Translations under genes and position numbers: made by a program
Source: Chiloscyllium plagiosum
Taxonomy: Eukaryota
NCBI RefSeq assembly: GCF_004010195.1
Contig: NC_057719.1
Location: 6,614,517 to 6,678,516, forward strand
Reading direction: 5' to 3'
DNA: 64,000 nt
Notes under the pieces: model-generated
Told to the model about the DNA's origin: nothing
Seen by the model: only the letters and a program-made list of their open reading frames with translations
The model's database searches: none
Part shown: in pieces, positions 27,300-39,529 of the stretch
Layout of the letters: each line of letters begins with the position of its first letter
Position numbering within the stretch: position 1 is the stretch's first letter

Positions 27300-30200
27300 T
27301 AGAACATAGAACATTACAGCGCAGTACAGGCCCTTCGGCCCTCGATGTTGCGCCAACCTGTCTTACTAATCTGAAGCCCATCCATCTACACTATTCCATT
27401 TACATCCATATGCTTGTCCAATGAAAGTATCTCTGTATCTTCCTCGCCGACATTGTCATTTTCTATGTTGAAAAATATTTATTTAGTGTTTCCCCTATCT
27501 CCTCTGCCTCCACACACAACTTCCCACTACTATCCTTGATTGGCCCTAATTTAACTCTCGGCATTCTTTTATTCCTGACATACCTATGGAAAGCCTTAGG
27601 GTTAACCCTGATCCTATCCGACAACAATTTCTCATGTCTCCTCCTGGCTTTTCTGAGCTCTCTTTTTAGGTCTTACCTGGCTTCCTTGTAACCCTCAAGC
27701 GCCCTCATTTTGCCCTAACAGAAGCCTTCTTCTTCTTCTTGACCATAGATTCCACTTCCTTAGTAAACCACGGCTCACGCGTTCTATAACGTCCGCCCTG
27801 TCCAACAGGTACATATTTATCTAGGACACACTGGAGCTTTTCCTTGAATAAGCTCCACATTTTTAATGTGCTCATCCCCTGCAGTTTCCTCCCTCAATCT
27901 ACGCTTCCTAAATCTTTCCTAATTGCATCATAGTTTCCCTTCCTCCAGCTGTAACTCCTGTTCGGTGGAGTACACCTATCCTTTTCCATCACTGTAGTAA
28001 ACTTGACAGAATTGTGATCGCTGTCTCCAAAGTGCTCGTCTACTTCCACATCTAACACCTGGCCAGGCTCGTTACCCAGTACTAAATGTAAAGTGGCTTC
28101 GCCCCTTGTAGGCCTGTCTACATTTGTCTGTAATCTGCGCTAACAAAGATTCATTGTTTATTTAGCGGATTTAAAGTAGCATTCATTAAGGGGATGTGGG
28201 CATTGTTAGCCAGGCCAGCATTTATAGCCCATCCCCAATTGCCCCTGAGATTGTGGTGGTTGCCTTCTTGAGTCATTTCAGTTCATGTGGTGTTGGGACA
28301 TCAACGCTGTTCGGGGAGGGAGCTCTAGGATTTTGATCCAGTAACATTTCAGCAACGATGTTATATTTCCAGGTCTGGATAGTTTGTGTGGCTTAGAGGA
28401 GGAACTGCAGGAGATGGTGTTCCCATCTGCCTGCTGCCCTCATACTGTTAAATTATTGAGGTTATGGATTTGGGGGGGGCTACCAACACAGTACTAGACA
28501 AAAAGGTCAGAGGCTGTTGTAAGGAGAAGAGCCATGGGGTGTAACCTGAAGCTCAAGTGGATCAGTCTCTCAGAAAGAATCTTCTGAACTTAGACAAGAT
28601 ACTTAATAGATTCTTAAGTATTTCTCAATGGACGTATTTGTTCTGTCCATTATCATTTTGAGCACCTCTATTAAATCTTCCATGAACTTGGATCTAAAAG
28701 AAAACAACCTTTTCTCTTAAACGTGTATAACCCCGCCCCCATGAGACCAATACCTGGCAGAGTTTTCTCACCTGAGCTGATGCCTTAATCGTCCCAAAGA
28801 GTGGAGATAAAATATCTGAAAGAGATTTTGTTTTTTAAAATAGATGAAAACTTTTGTTTTCTCTTAGTAACATTCTAATAATTAACAAGACCAAAGTAAA
28901 AATGACATCAAAGGAAGAATTTGGAACACTCCGCAAGAAATGGGCCAAATAGCCTCCTTCTCTGCCATAATAACTGTAAACAAACATATGTAAATCCACA
29001 TTTCTTGAAATATATTCATGCGCAAAAGTATAGATCTATTACAAGTGGAGTCAGGGAAGTGCGTAGTGGGGGATAAAGAAATAGAAGAGAAGCTAAACAA
29101 ACACACTGTGTCTGCCTTCACTGAAAATGTCCCAGAAATAAAGGAGAATCAAGGGACTGATATGAAGGATGAACTACAAGTTACTGTATTGGCATTAGTT
29201 AAAAAAACACTTGAGAAATTAATGGGACTCAAAGTGGATAATTCCTTTGGACCTAGCACTGAAAGCGGTGGCTGTAGAGATATTAGATAAATTTGGTAGC
29301 TATCTTTCTAAATTCTTTGCAATGGTTCCTACAGATTAAAAAGTGGCAAATGTAAGCCCACTAGTTAAGAAAGGAGGAACAGAGAATGGAATGAGACTTG
29401 TTAGTCTGACATTAGTCTTATGGAAAAATGCTAGAATCTATTAAAGATGTGATTACAGGACCCTTAGAAAATAATGGCAGGATTAGGCAGAGTCAACATG
29501 AATCTCTGAAAGGGAAATCACATTTAGCAAACCTGTAGCGAGTTCTTTAAAGATGTAACTAGTAGAACAGACAAAGGGGAAGCTGATGGTTGTGCTATAC
29601 TTAGACTTTCACAAAGTTTCAGATAAGTTCTCACACAAAAGGTCAGTAATCAAAATTATAGTACATGGGATTGGGGGAATATATTGGCATGGATTTAGAA
29701 ATGGTTAATAGCCATCAAACAAAAAATAAGAATGAACCGGTTATTTTCATGAAGTCAGACTGTGATTTGTGAGTTATCGTAAGGTTTGGCTCCCAGATAT
29801 TCACAATCAACATCAACGATTTGGACTTGAGGATTAAATGTAATATTTAAATGTTGGCCTTCATTGCGAGAGGTTTCGAGTACAGGAGCAGGGATGTGTT
29901 GTTGCAGTTATACAGGGTCTTGGTGAGATCAAACCGAGAACATTATCTTAGTAAAGATGTGGAAGCTTTGGAGAGGGTGCAGAGAAGATTTACCAGGATG
30001 TTGCCTGGAATGTAAGGGGCAACGTTTTCACACAGAGGGTGGTTAGGGCATGGAATGCGCTGCCCGTGGGAGTGGTAGAGTCGGAATCATTGGCGACCTT
30101 TAAGCGGCATTTGGATAGGTACATGGATGGGTACTTAATCTAGGTTAGAAGTTCGGCACAACATCGTGGGCCGAAGGGCCTGTTCTGTGCTGTATTGTTC

Positions 30201-32150
30201 TATGTTCTATGTGCAGTTTTGATCTCTTTTTTCTGAGGAAGGATGCTCTTGCTCTCGAGGGAGTGTAGCGAAGGTTTACCAGGCTGATTCCAGGGATGGT
30301 GGGACTGATGTATGAGGAGGGGTTGACTTGGTTAGGATTTCGCTGAAATTCAGACAATTGGGGGAAGGATCTCATAGAGACTTAAAAAATTTTAACAGGA
30401 TTAGACAGGGTAGATGCAGGGATGATGCTCCTGTTGGTGGGTGTGTCCAGAACCAGGGATCACAGCCTGAGGAATTTGGTTAGACCATTTAGGATGGATA
30501 TTTCTTCATCAAAGAGAGTGGTGAGCTGGTGGAATTTATTACCACAAGAAGCATTTGATGCCAAAGCATTGAATGTATTCAAGAGGCAGTTAGATATAGC
30601 ACTTCGGGTGAATGGGATCAAAGGTTATGGGGAAAACACAGAATTAGGCTACTGAGTTGAATGATCAGCCATGATTGTAATTAGCGGTGCAGCAGGCTCG
30701 ACAAATGGCCACCTCTTCCTCCTATATTTCTATGCTTTTCCAAGTTTGTAAATGACACATAACTCGATGGAAGTGTAAGCTGTTAGGAGAATGCAAAGAC
30801 ATGTCAAGGGGATTTCTGGAGAGGTTACATGAACAAAAAGGAATTTGGGAATGTGCAGTTGTCCACTTTGGTTGGGAAAAAACTCAGAAATACACAGTAT
30901 TTCCTAAATTGTGAAAAGCTGGGAAATGTTGAACCTCAAAGGGACTCGAGTGTCCATGCTCATCAATCACTCAAAGTTAACAAGCAAGTACAATAAGCAA
31001 TTGGATAAGGAAGTGGTGTGTTGGCCTTTATTACAGGAGGGTTTGAGCATTTTCTGAGACAGTATCTCAAAATAAAAGGCAGAGGCTTTAGATGTGGGAT
31101 TAGGAGGATTCCACTCACTCAGTGAATGGTGGATGTGCAGACTATTTGGGAGGTAGGGGCATTGATTATGTTCACGAAAGAGATTGATACACTTCTACAT
31201 GTTGAACACATCAGGAGATACAAGGAAACTGCAGGGGAATGGTGTTGAAGAAAGATCATCCATGGTCTCACTGAATGGGGAAGCAGGCTTGAAATCTGAA
31301 TGGCTGATGTTTGAGTTCTCCTACTCCTACTTCTGCGGTTTTTTTAAACCACCAGTGCCTTTGGTCTCTGACACCCAGCATGAACACCTCAATGGTAGAT
31401 AGTTCTGAGTCAAGAAGGGGAAACTCTTGTCAAACTAACCTGCTGAACATTTTTGAAAAGATAACAAACTGTATTGATAATATTGTGGATGTGAACTTAT
31501 AAAAGGGCATTAGGTAGAGTATCACATAATAGACTTCTGTGGAAAGGTACAGCTCATTGAATAAAATGGATAGTAACAACATGGTTACAAAGTGGCTGGA
31601 GGATAGGAGATAGAAAGTATTGATAAATGGTCTTTTGGGCTGTAGGAAGATTTGTCATGGAGTTCCCCAAGAGTCAGTTTTGGGACCTTGCTTTAACTGA
31701 TATAAATAAATGATCTAGAGCTTGATGTGCAGAAGTCAATTTCAAAGTTTGAGGACAATACATACCTTGGGAACATTGCTAACTAGGAGGACAGTGTAGA
31801 ACTCCAAACGATATTTACAAATTGATGGAATGGGCGGTTTGGTGACAGATGAAGTTCAATGCACAAAAGCATGAAATGATATTTTGCTAGAAAAATCATG
31901 GAGAGACAGTATAAAATATAGTTATAAATTTTATATACATACTTTAAAGGGTGTGCTGGAGCAGAGAGAGATCTGAGGGCATTTTTACAGAAGCGGGACT
32001 GTTAGTAGATTGTATTCTAAGCTTCACGGGTATGTGGCAGTGTACAAGGTTGTAGGGGGGAGCGGTGTTTAAACCTAAATGGGACTCTTGTTATATTTCG
32101 GATGGAGTATTGTGTGAAGTCCTGGACACCACACTTTAGGATGGGTATGG
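27300..32150. mobile_element. Cluster of nested decayed CR1 fragments around TDP1 exon 28772-28815
   Basis: Minus-strand CR1 at 27300-28120. Plus-strand RT and 3' fragments at 29030-32150, with an SCQTNLL motif and GTTCTAT tails. Confidence 0.75.
28772..28815 (-). CDS. TDP1: TDP1 coding exon 2 (44 nt)
   Basis: ttcag|AT...CAG|gtgaga. Encodes (D)ILSPLFGTIKASAQ; human is DILSPLFGTLVSSAQ. Phase is compatible with both neighbours. Confidence 0.95.
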
Positions 32151-32500
32151 ATGTGAGGATCTGAAACCTGAATACAGGCTAAGGTGACTAGCTGTAGTCA
32201 GGGACAACCACTTAACAGATGCTCTTAATAATCTAGGTGGCAACAAGATGGCTTCTCAATGCAAATAAAATGGCAAATGGTCAATTCTGCTAAAGCTGCA
32301 TAAAATGCCTTTTAAGTTGTTAACTGCTAATTCTGCTAGAGCTACATAAGTGACTAACCACAGTCTGCTTCAATAGAGATTAGCAGACAATGTGCCCTTT
32401 AAAGCATAAAAATAACTTGACTAGTTAAGACAGTATTAGCCATCCTGACTGGCCTTCAGGTGCAGTGGCTCGGTTCGTGAGGTAAGAGTGGCCTAAGCGT

Positions 32501-33710
32501 TGTAGGTTTGCTCGCTGAGCTGTAGGTTTGATATCCAGACGTTTCGTAACCTGGCTAGGTAACATCATCAGTGGCGACCTCCAAGTGAAGCGAAGCTGTT
32601 GTCTCCTGCTTTCTATTTATAGCTTTCTCCTGGATGGGGTTCCTGGGGTTTGTGGTGATGTCACTTCCTGTTCGTTTTCTGAGGGGTTGATAGATGGCAT
32701 CTCGATCTATGTGTTTGGAGTGCCAGGCCTCTAGGAATTCTCTGGCATGCCTTTGCTTAGCCTGTCCCAGGATAGATGTGTTGTCCCAGTCGAAATGGTG
32801 GCTTTTTGCATCCGTATGTAGGGCTACAAGGGAGAGAGGGTCGTGTCTTTTTGTGGCTAGCTGGTGTTCGTGTATCCTGGTGGCTAACTTTCTTCCTGTT
32901 TGTCCTATGTCATGTTTGTGGCAGTCCTTGCATGGAATTTTGTAGATGATGTTGGTTTTGTCCATGGGTTGTACTGGGTCTTTTAAGTTTGTTNNNNNNN
33001 NNNNNNNNNNNNNNNNNNNNNNNNNNNNNNNNNNNNNNNNNNNNNNNNNNNNNNNNNNNNNNNNNNNNNNNNNNNNNNNNNNNNNNNNNNNNNNNNNNNT
33101 GAGGAATCTGCGCACTGTATTTTTTGAGTATCCGTTCTTCTTGAATACGTTGTATAGGTGGTTCTCCTCTGCTTTGTGTAGTTTGTCTGTGCTGCAGTGT
33201 GTGGTGGCTCGTTGGGATAGTGTTCTGATACAGCTTTGTTTGTGTGTGTTGGGATGGTTGCTGGTGTAGTTAAGTATTTGGTCAGTGTTTGTTGNNNNNN
33301 NNNNNNNNNNNNNNNNNNNNNNNNNNNNNNNNNNNNNNNNNNNNNNNNNNNNNNNNNNNNNNTCCAGGAATGCGAGTTTGTTGTCAGTTTCTTCCTCCTT
33401 GCTGAACGTTATGCCTGTGAGTGTGTTGTTGATGATGTTAAATGTCTCTTCTATCTTGTAAACAAACACATAGATCTAGATGCCATCTATCAACCCCTCA
33501 GAAAATGAACAGGAAATGACATCACCACCCCATCCAGGAGAAAGATATAAATAGAAAGCAGGAGACAACAGCTTCGCTTCACTTGGAGGTCGCCACTGAT
33601 GATGTTACCTAGCCAGGTAATGAAACGTCTGGATATCAAATCTACAGCTCAGCGAGCAAACCTACACCCTAAACCTCAACCTGAGCTACAAACCTTCAAA
33701 AACCTTGCAA
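32501..33710 (-). mobile_element. Penelope-like element (RT thumb + GIY-YIG) with inverted pseudo-LTRs
   Basis: ORF motifs TDQILNYTSNHPNTHK and NIIYKIPCKDCHKHDIGQTGRKLATRIHEH (GIY-YIG). 32501-32730 and 33461-33670 are inverted copies of each other, each with a hammerhead core. Confidence 0.9.
33593..33632 (+). ncRNA. Minimal hammerhead ribozyme motif (family C) in a PLE terminus
   Basis: cca-CTGATGA-t-GTTACCT(agcc)AGGTAAT-GAAA-CG-TC-tgg. An inverted twin lies on the minus strand at 32535-32574. Confidence 0.78.
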
Positions 33711-33984
33711 AAGCAATATCATGTATTGATTGGTAACTGTTTGGATGTACAATGCGATCATAGCCTGTACCCTTCTTTAAGAACAGTATTAAAATGTCTT
33801 TGTTTTAAGCCATTTGTGCAGCTCCTCTGAGGAATACTCAACTTCTGTGTTCCTGGACGTTCTATACTCAGCCATATGAAGAAATAAAGAGTGAAGTCTT
33901 AAATAACCAGACTAATTGTGAGTCATGAATGTAAATGCTGCATCACTTCAAGGTCAGCTTCAGAGCCTCTCAAGACTTAGGAGG

Positions 33985-35380
33985 ACAAGCAGGCCATTCA
34001 GCCCCTCATGAGATCATGGTTGGTCTGACAATCCTCAACTCCACTTTCCTGCCTTTTTCCCACAACCTTGAGTTCCTTTACTGATTTAAAATCTGACTCC
34101 GCCTTGAATATTTTTGATGGCTGAGCCTCAACAGCCCTCTGTAGTTAAGAATTCCACAGATTCACTACCTTTAGAGAAGAAATTCCTCCTTATCTCTGTC
34201 TTAAATGTGTGACTCCTTATTCTAAGATTACGTCCTCTAATCCTAGACTCTCCCAGAGAGGAAACAATCTCTCCACATCTGCCCCGTCAAGTCTTGTTCA
34301 TTTCAACAGAGTCACTTCTCATTCTTCTAAACTCCAATGAGTATCAACCCAACTTACTGGAATTCTCTTCACAAAACAAGTTCTTCCATACCTGATATTA
34401 GCCAAGTGAAACTTCTCCAGACTGCCTCTAATGCAGGTACATCTTTTCTTAGAAACATTTTCTTAGAACTGTTTATAGTATTCCAGCTGTGATCTGACTA
34501 ATAGTCTTACCAAAACCACCCTACTTTTATATTCTACTCCCCTTAAAATAAAGACCTACATCCCCATTTGCTTTCCTTATTACCTGCTCAGATTGGATGT
34601 TAGTTTTCCTTCTCATTCGTGGAAGGGAACTCTCAAATCCCTCTGTTCTGTAGCTTTCTGCAGTTTTTCTCCATTTACATAATATTCAGCTTCTGTCTTC
34701 TTCCTGCCAAAGTGCATGACATCACATTTTCCCTCATTATATTCTGCCAGGTTTTTGCCCAATCACTTAACGTGTCTTACTATATCCCTCTGCAGATTCT
34801 TTGTGCCATCCTCACCACTTGCCTTCCCAACTACATTTTCAGTCAGCTGCAAACTTGACTGCAATGCATTTATTTTCATTATTCAGGTCATTAATACATC
34901 GTAAATGAATGTGGCCCCAGCACTAATCTCATTGCCACTCTATTAGTTACAGGATGCCATCCCAAAAATGCCCCCCTTTTGTCTGCTTTCTATTAGCTAG
35001 CCAATCCTCTATCCACGTAAATATACCCAACACCATAGAGACTTATTAACTAACCTCATGTGTGGTACCTTATTTTGAACATCCAGATACATCACATCCA
35101 TGTTTGGAGTCAGCTATTACGAGGGGGCATAGCTTTAAATTAAGGGGTGGTAGGTATAGGACAGATGTTAGGGGTAGATTCTTTACTCAGCGAGTCGTGA
35201 GTTCATGGAATGCCCTGCCAGTAGCAGTGGTGGACTCTCCCTCTTTATGGGCATTTAAACGGGCATTGGATAGGCATATGGAGGATAGTGGGCTAGTGTA
35301 GGTTAAGTGAGCTTGGATCGGCACAACATCGAGGGCCAAAGGGCTTGTACTGCGCTGTATTTTTCTATGTTCTATGTTCC
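33985..35380. mobile_element. Decayed minus-strand CR1 plus a young plus-strand CR1 3' end (35100-35380)
   Basis: TRGHSFKLRGGRYRTDVRGRFFTQRVV and a TTCTATG tail. Confidence 0.8.
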
Positions 35381-35674
35381 CCTTTATTAATCCTGCTTCT
35401 TACCTCATCTCATTGAATCTGGAGTATGTGGATTTTCTTCGGCTCTGAAAAAGAGTCATATTAGACTCAAAATGTTAACTCTATTTTTCTCTCTATAGAT
35501 GCTGCCAGACCCGTTCAGTATTTCTGCATTTGTTTTAAACTAAATAACTGCTTTGCTTTGCTCTCACCGTCACCAAAAGGCAGAATGGGAACTTGTCTCT
35601 ATGAGCTGGAGAGTGAATTTCCATGTCCAAGGAATTATCTTTGATTTAAAAATGGTTTAAAACATCCACCTTAC

Positions 35675-36323
35675 CTTTTATATGAAGGGCTCCACAATTG
35701 GCCTTGGCTGGGATGCCTGAGACTTTGGTCAGATAAAAGCTGAAATTCTTAGCTTTTTCCAGCATATCCCACTTGTCTAAGGGCTCAGAGCCACTCTCCA
35801 GTTTGGGTCGCCAAGTCGCTTTTGAACTGACCGAGGGAGAAGGATAGTCTGTTTCTTCCAGGCGTGGTTTTTTCTCTGTCTGACCAGGGTTTGCTTGGTC
35901 GACTGACTCCTGTTTGATCTGCCGATCACTTGCTTTGACGTCAGGCTCCTCATCACTGCTGGAGACCCCCCAACCCGATTCAGGTGAGGGTCTGGGCCGT
36001 TTGACAGCAGGAGAGGGGCGCCGGGCAGGGGTCACAGAGCTTTCCTGTCTTGCTTTGCCAGCAGTGGACGTCTGAAGCTTGGAATGAGTGAATCCTGAAT
36101 GTCCACAGCTGGAAGCAGCATTGCCCTGGCCAGAGTGAAATACCTCCAACTCTCCCTCATCCACTACCGTCTCGTCCGAGTCTGACACGTAGTCTTTCCT
36201 GACAGACTGTGGGAGTGGGAGGGGGCCTCCTGTTGGCCGGGCAGGCTTGGCATCTTCCTCATCACTGCTCGACACCGTCCACCTCCCATGCTGACTCTGT
36301 ACTTTGCTCACTCCACCAGACAT
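35675..36323 (-). CDS. TDP1: TDP1 first coding exon (N-terminal regulatory region)
   Basis: The acceptor ccccaacag|taaaaggcATG puts the exon start at 36331 and the ATG at 36323. Translation is MSGGVSKVQSQHGRWTVSSSDEED...GWGVSSSDEE...FSFYLTKVSGIPAKANCGALHIK, matching human TDP1 GRWTISSSD / GWCLSSSD / FYLT...GALHIK. Donor G|GTAAGG, phase 1. Confidence 0.95.
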
Positions 36324-37997
36324 GCCTTTTACTGTTGGGGGAGGATGGCAGTGAACAAGGAATGAGAGAGTTAAAACTAAAGAAAAGACTTGCACTTATT
36401 ACCCACCCTTCTGAACCCCAAGACATCCCAAAACGCTTTCCAATGAGCCAATGACATTCTTCTTAATATATACACAATTGGAATGCAGCAAGCCAACTGG
36501 CAAGTGCACAGAAACTTGGCAGATGGAATAAAATGTGGGAAAATGTGAGCTTCTGCAATTTGACAGGTAGAATGAGGAGCTGAACATCTCCACGACCCGA
36601 ACTGGAGAAAGACCGCAGAAAGCTGCAGCACAGGAGGATTTGGGAGTCCTCATGCGAAAATCACAAAGAGCTAGTATCCAAGTTTAGCAAGTAATAGGGA
36701 AAAGCAAGTGGAATGTTGGCCTTTATTTCAAAGGGAATGGAATATAAAAGTTGGGAGGTCATGTGAAAACTATGCAAGGCACTAGTCAGGCCACAGCTGG
36801 AATACCGGGTACCTTAGCTAAGGAAAGATACGCTGGCATTGGAGAAAGTCAAGGGAAGGTTCATTAGATTGACAGCTGGTATGGCTGGACTCTCTTATGA
36901 GGACAGGTTGAGTAGGTTGGGCCTGCGCTCTGTGGAGTTTAGAAGAACGAAGGAGGCCTTTTTGAAAATACAGGATTCTTTGGGGGTAAATGTAGAAAGG
37001 TTGTTTCCCCTGTGGAAGAGTCTTGGACCAGACTGCATAATCTCAAAATAAGGAGCTTCATACTTAAAACAGAGACTAGAGGATTTTTTTCTCTCACAGA
37101 GGGCTATTGAGGCTGATTGCCGCATTGTGTTGGAGTGACTGCAGATTAGAGGGCCAAAATACATACAATGTATGTGAGTATTTTACAGTCAATGAAGTAC
37201 TCTCTGAAGTGCAGCCCTTCATTGTTGTAATATAGGATACACAGTAGCCAATTTTATGCTCAGTAATCTCCAACAAACAGCAATGGGATAATGTCTGAAT
37301 GATCTGTTTTTGATGAAGGCTGACATAGATTTTTAATCAGTGATGGAATCAAGGATTATGGGGATAAAAGGCAGCAAAGTGGAGTTGTGGTTGGTCAGAT
37401 CGACCATGATGTAATTGAATGGTAAAACAATCAGATGGTCTGAATGTCCTGCTTCTGCTCTTATATCCTATCATAGGAAATATGGCAATCAATAATGCAC
37501 AGCAAGATGACAGTGGCCAAATCATGTGGTAAGGGAATATCAGCCCACAACTCACAGAACATAGAACATTACAGCGCAGTACAGGCCTTGTGAAACTAAA
37601 CTGAAGCCCATCTAATCCACACTATTCCATTCTTGTCCATATGCCTATCGAATGATCTTTTAAATGCCCTTAAAGTTGGCAAGTCTACAACAGTCGCAGG
37701 CAGTGTGTTCCATGCCCCTATTACTGTCTGAGTAAAGAAACTACCTCTGACATCTGTCCTATATCTATCACCCCTCAAGCTAGCCATCACCACCCAAGGA
37801 AAAAGGCTCTCACTGCCCAACCTATCTAACCCTCTGATTATCTTATGTCTCAATTAAGTCACCTCAATCTTCTTCTCCCTAACGAATACAGCCTCAAGTC
37901 CCTCAGCCTTACCTCATAAGACCTTCCCTCCATACCAGGCAACGTCCTATTAAATCTCCTCTGAACCCTTTCCAAAGCTTCCACACCCTTCCTATAA

Positions 37998-38307
37998 TGG
38001 GCGACACGGTGGCACAGTGGTTAGCACTGCTGCCTCACAGCGCCAGAGACCCAGGTTCAATTCCCGCCTCAGGCGACTGACTCCCTGTGTCTCCACATTC
38101 TCCCCGTGTCTGTGTGGGTTTCCTCCGGATGCTCCGGTTTCCTCCCACAAAGATGTGCAAGTCAGGTGAATTGGCCATGCTAAATTGCCTGTAGTGTTAG
38201 GTGAAGGGGTAAATGTAGAGGTATGGGTGGGTTGCACTTCAGCGGGTCGGTGTGGACTTGTTGGGCCGAAGGGCCTGCTTCTACACTGTAAGTAATCTAA
38301 TCTAATC
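37998..38307 (+). mobile_element. HE1-type SINE inserted into a minus-strand CR1
   Basis: Full head and AATCT tail, flanked by duplicated CTATAATG. Further partial copies at about 11010-11125, 20983-21093 and 23500-23780. Confidence 0.9.
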
Positions 38308-38941
38308 TATAATGCAGTGACCAGAACTGCACGCAATACTCCAAGTGCAGCATGACCTCATGATTCCGAAACTCGATTCCTCTACTAATAAAAGCTAATA
38401 CACCGTATGCCTTCTTAACAGACCTATCAACCTGGGTGGCAACTTAGAGGGATTCTATGTACATGGACATCAAGATCTCTCTGCTCATCTACACTACAAA
38501 GAATCTTACCGTTGGCCCAGTACTCTGCATTCCTGTTAGTCCTTCCAAAGTGAATCACCTCACACTTGTCCGCATTAAACTCCATTTGCCACATCTCAGC
38601 TCAGCTCTGCAGCTTATCTATGTCCCTCTGTAACCTACAACATCCTTTGGCACTATCCACAACTGTACCGACCTTAGTGTCATCCGCAAATTTACTAACC
38701 CATCCTTCTACACCCTCATACAGGTCGTTGATAAAAATGACAAACAGTAGTGGCCCCAAAACAGATCCTTGTGGTACACCACTAGTAACTGAACTCCAGG
38801 ATGAACATTTTCAATCAACCACCACCCTCTGTCTTCTTTCAGTTAGACAATTCCTGATCCAAACTGCTAAATCGCACTCAATCCCACACCTCTGTATTTT
38901 GTGCAGTACCTACCGTGGGGTACCTTAACAAACTTTCCTCA

Positions 38942-38975
38942 TTCCTGAAGAAGGGCTTATGCCCGAAACGTCGAT
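38942..38975 (+). ncRNA. Minimal hammerhead ribozyme motif (family A)
   Basis: ttc-CTGAAGA-a-GGGC(ttat)GCCC-GAAA-CG-TC-gat. Confidence 0.75.
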
Positions 38976-39529
38976 TCTCCTGTTCCCTGGATGCTGCCTG
39001 ACCTGCTGCGTTTTTCCAGCAACACATTTTCAGCTCTGATCTCCAGCATCTGCAGACCTCACTTTCTCCACTTTTACCTTAACAAATGCCTTACTGAAAT
39101 CCATATACACCACTTCAATGGCTTTACCCTCACCCACCTGTTTAGTCATCTTCTCAAAGAACTCAGTAAGGTTTGTGAGGCAATAATGACTGCGTTTAAC
39201 TGGTATTTCTTTCAGTTTGGTGAAACCCCTGCTCTGCTGCAATTGGGGCTGGGAGTGGGACTGAAGACTGTTGTGGTCCTGAGGCATCAGACTGCCGCTG
39301 GTCTAATTAAAACTAGGAATCTGGCTTTGCCCTGGAATGGGCGCAGCATTAGCTACCTGGAGTCAATCAGAAATAATGGGTACCCTTTCCAATTTGTGTA
39401 CTGTACATCAACACCGATCGTCCAAGAACTTCAACTAACAACCCCATTTCTGCGTCTCTCTCTCCAGAAGCCAATTATTAAACAGCGGACAGTCACTGCC
39501 TGGTGCAGTACATTTAGTGCCCTGAACTG

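Larger units (their letters stand above)
36455..39180. mobile_element. CR1 fragments: plus strand 36455-37470, minus strand 37555-39180 (hosting a SINE and a mini-element)
   Basis: LSYEDRLSRLGL on plus. The minus strand has [14 protein letters not shown] and CLTNLTEFFE...VYMDFSKAF. Confidence 0.85.

Noticed and set aside
32152-33926. Possible LTR hosting the PLE (TG start, AATAAA near 33884); similar candidates near 22620 and 25062
   Set aside because: I could not establish convincing termini and TSDs by eye.
35443-35480. Degenerate hammerhead-like motifs (also about 4275, 18010, 40590, 58742 and 62445)
   Set aside because: Core nucleotides are mutated. Counted as decayed PLE termini, not as ribozymes.
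36332-36395. Upstream in-frame extension of the TDP1 ORF (MQVFSLVLTL...)
   Set aside because: It is the intronic polypyrimidine tract ending at the acceptor AG before 36331.
37998-38070. Possible tRNA genes at SINE heads
   Set aside because: The A/B boxes run into SINE body sequence, with no complete cloverleaf or terminator.
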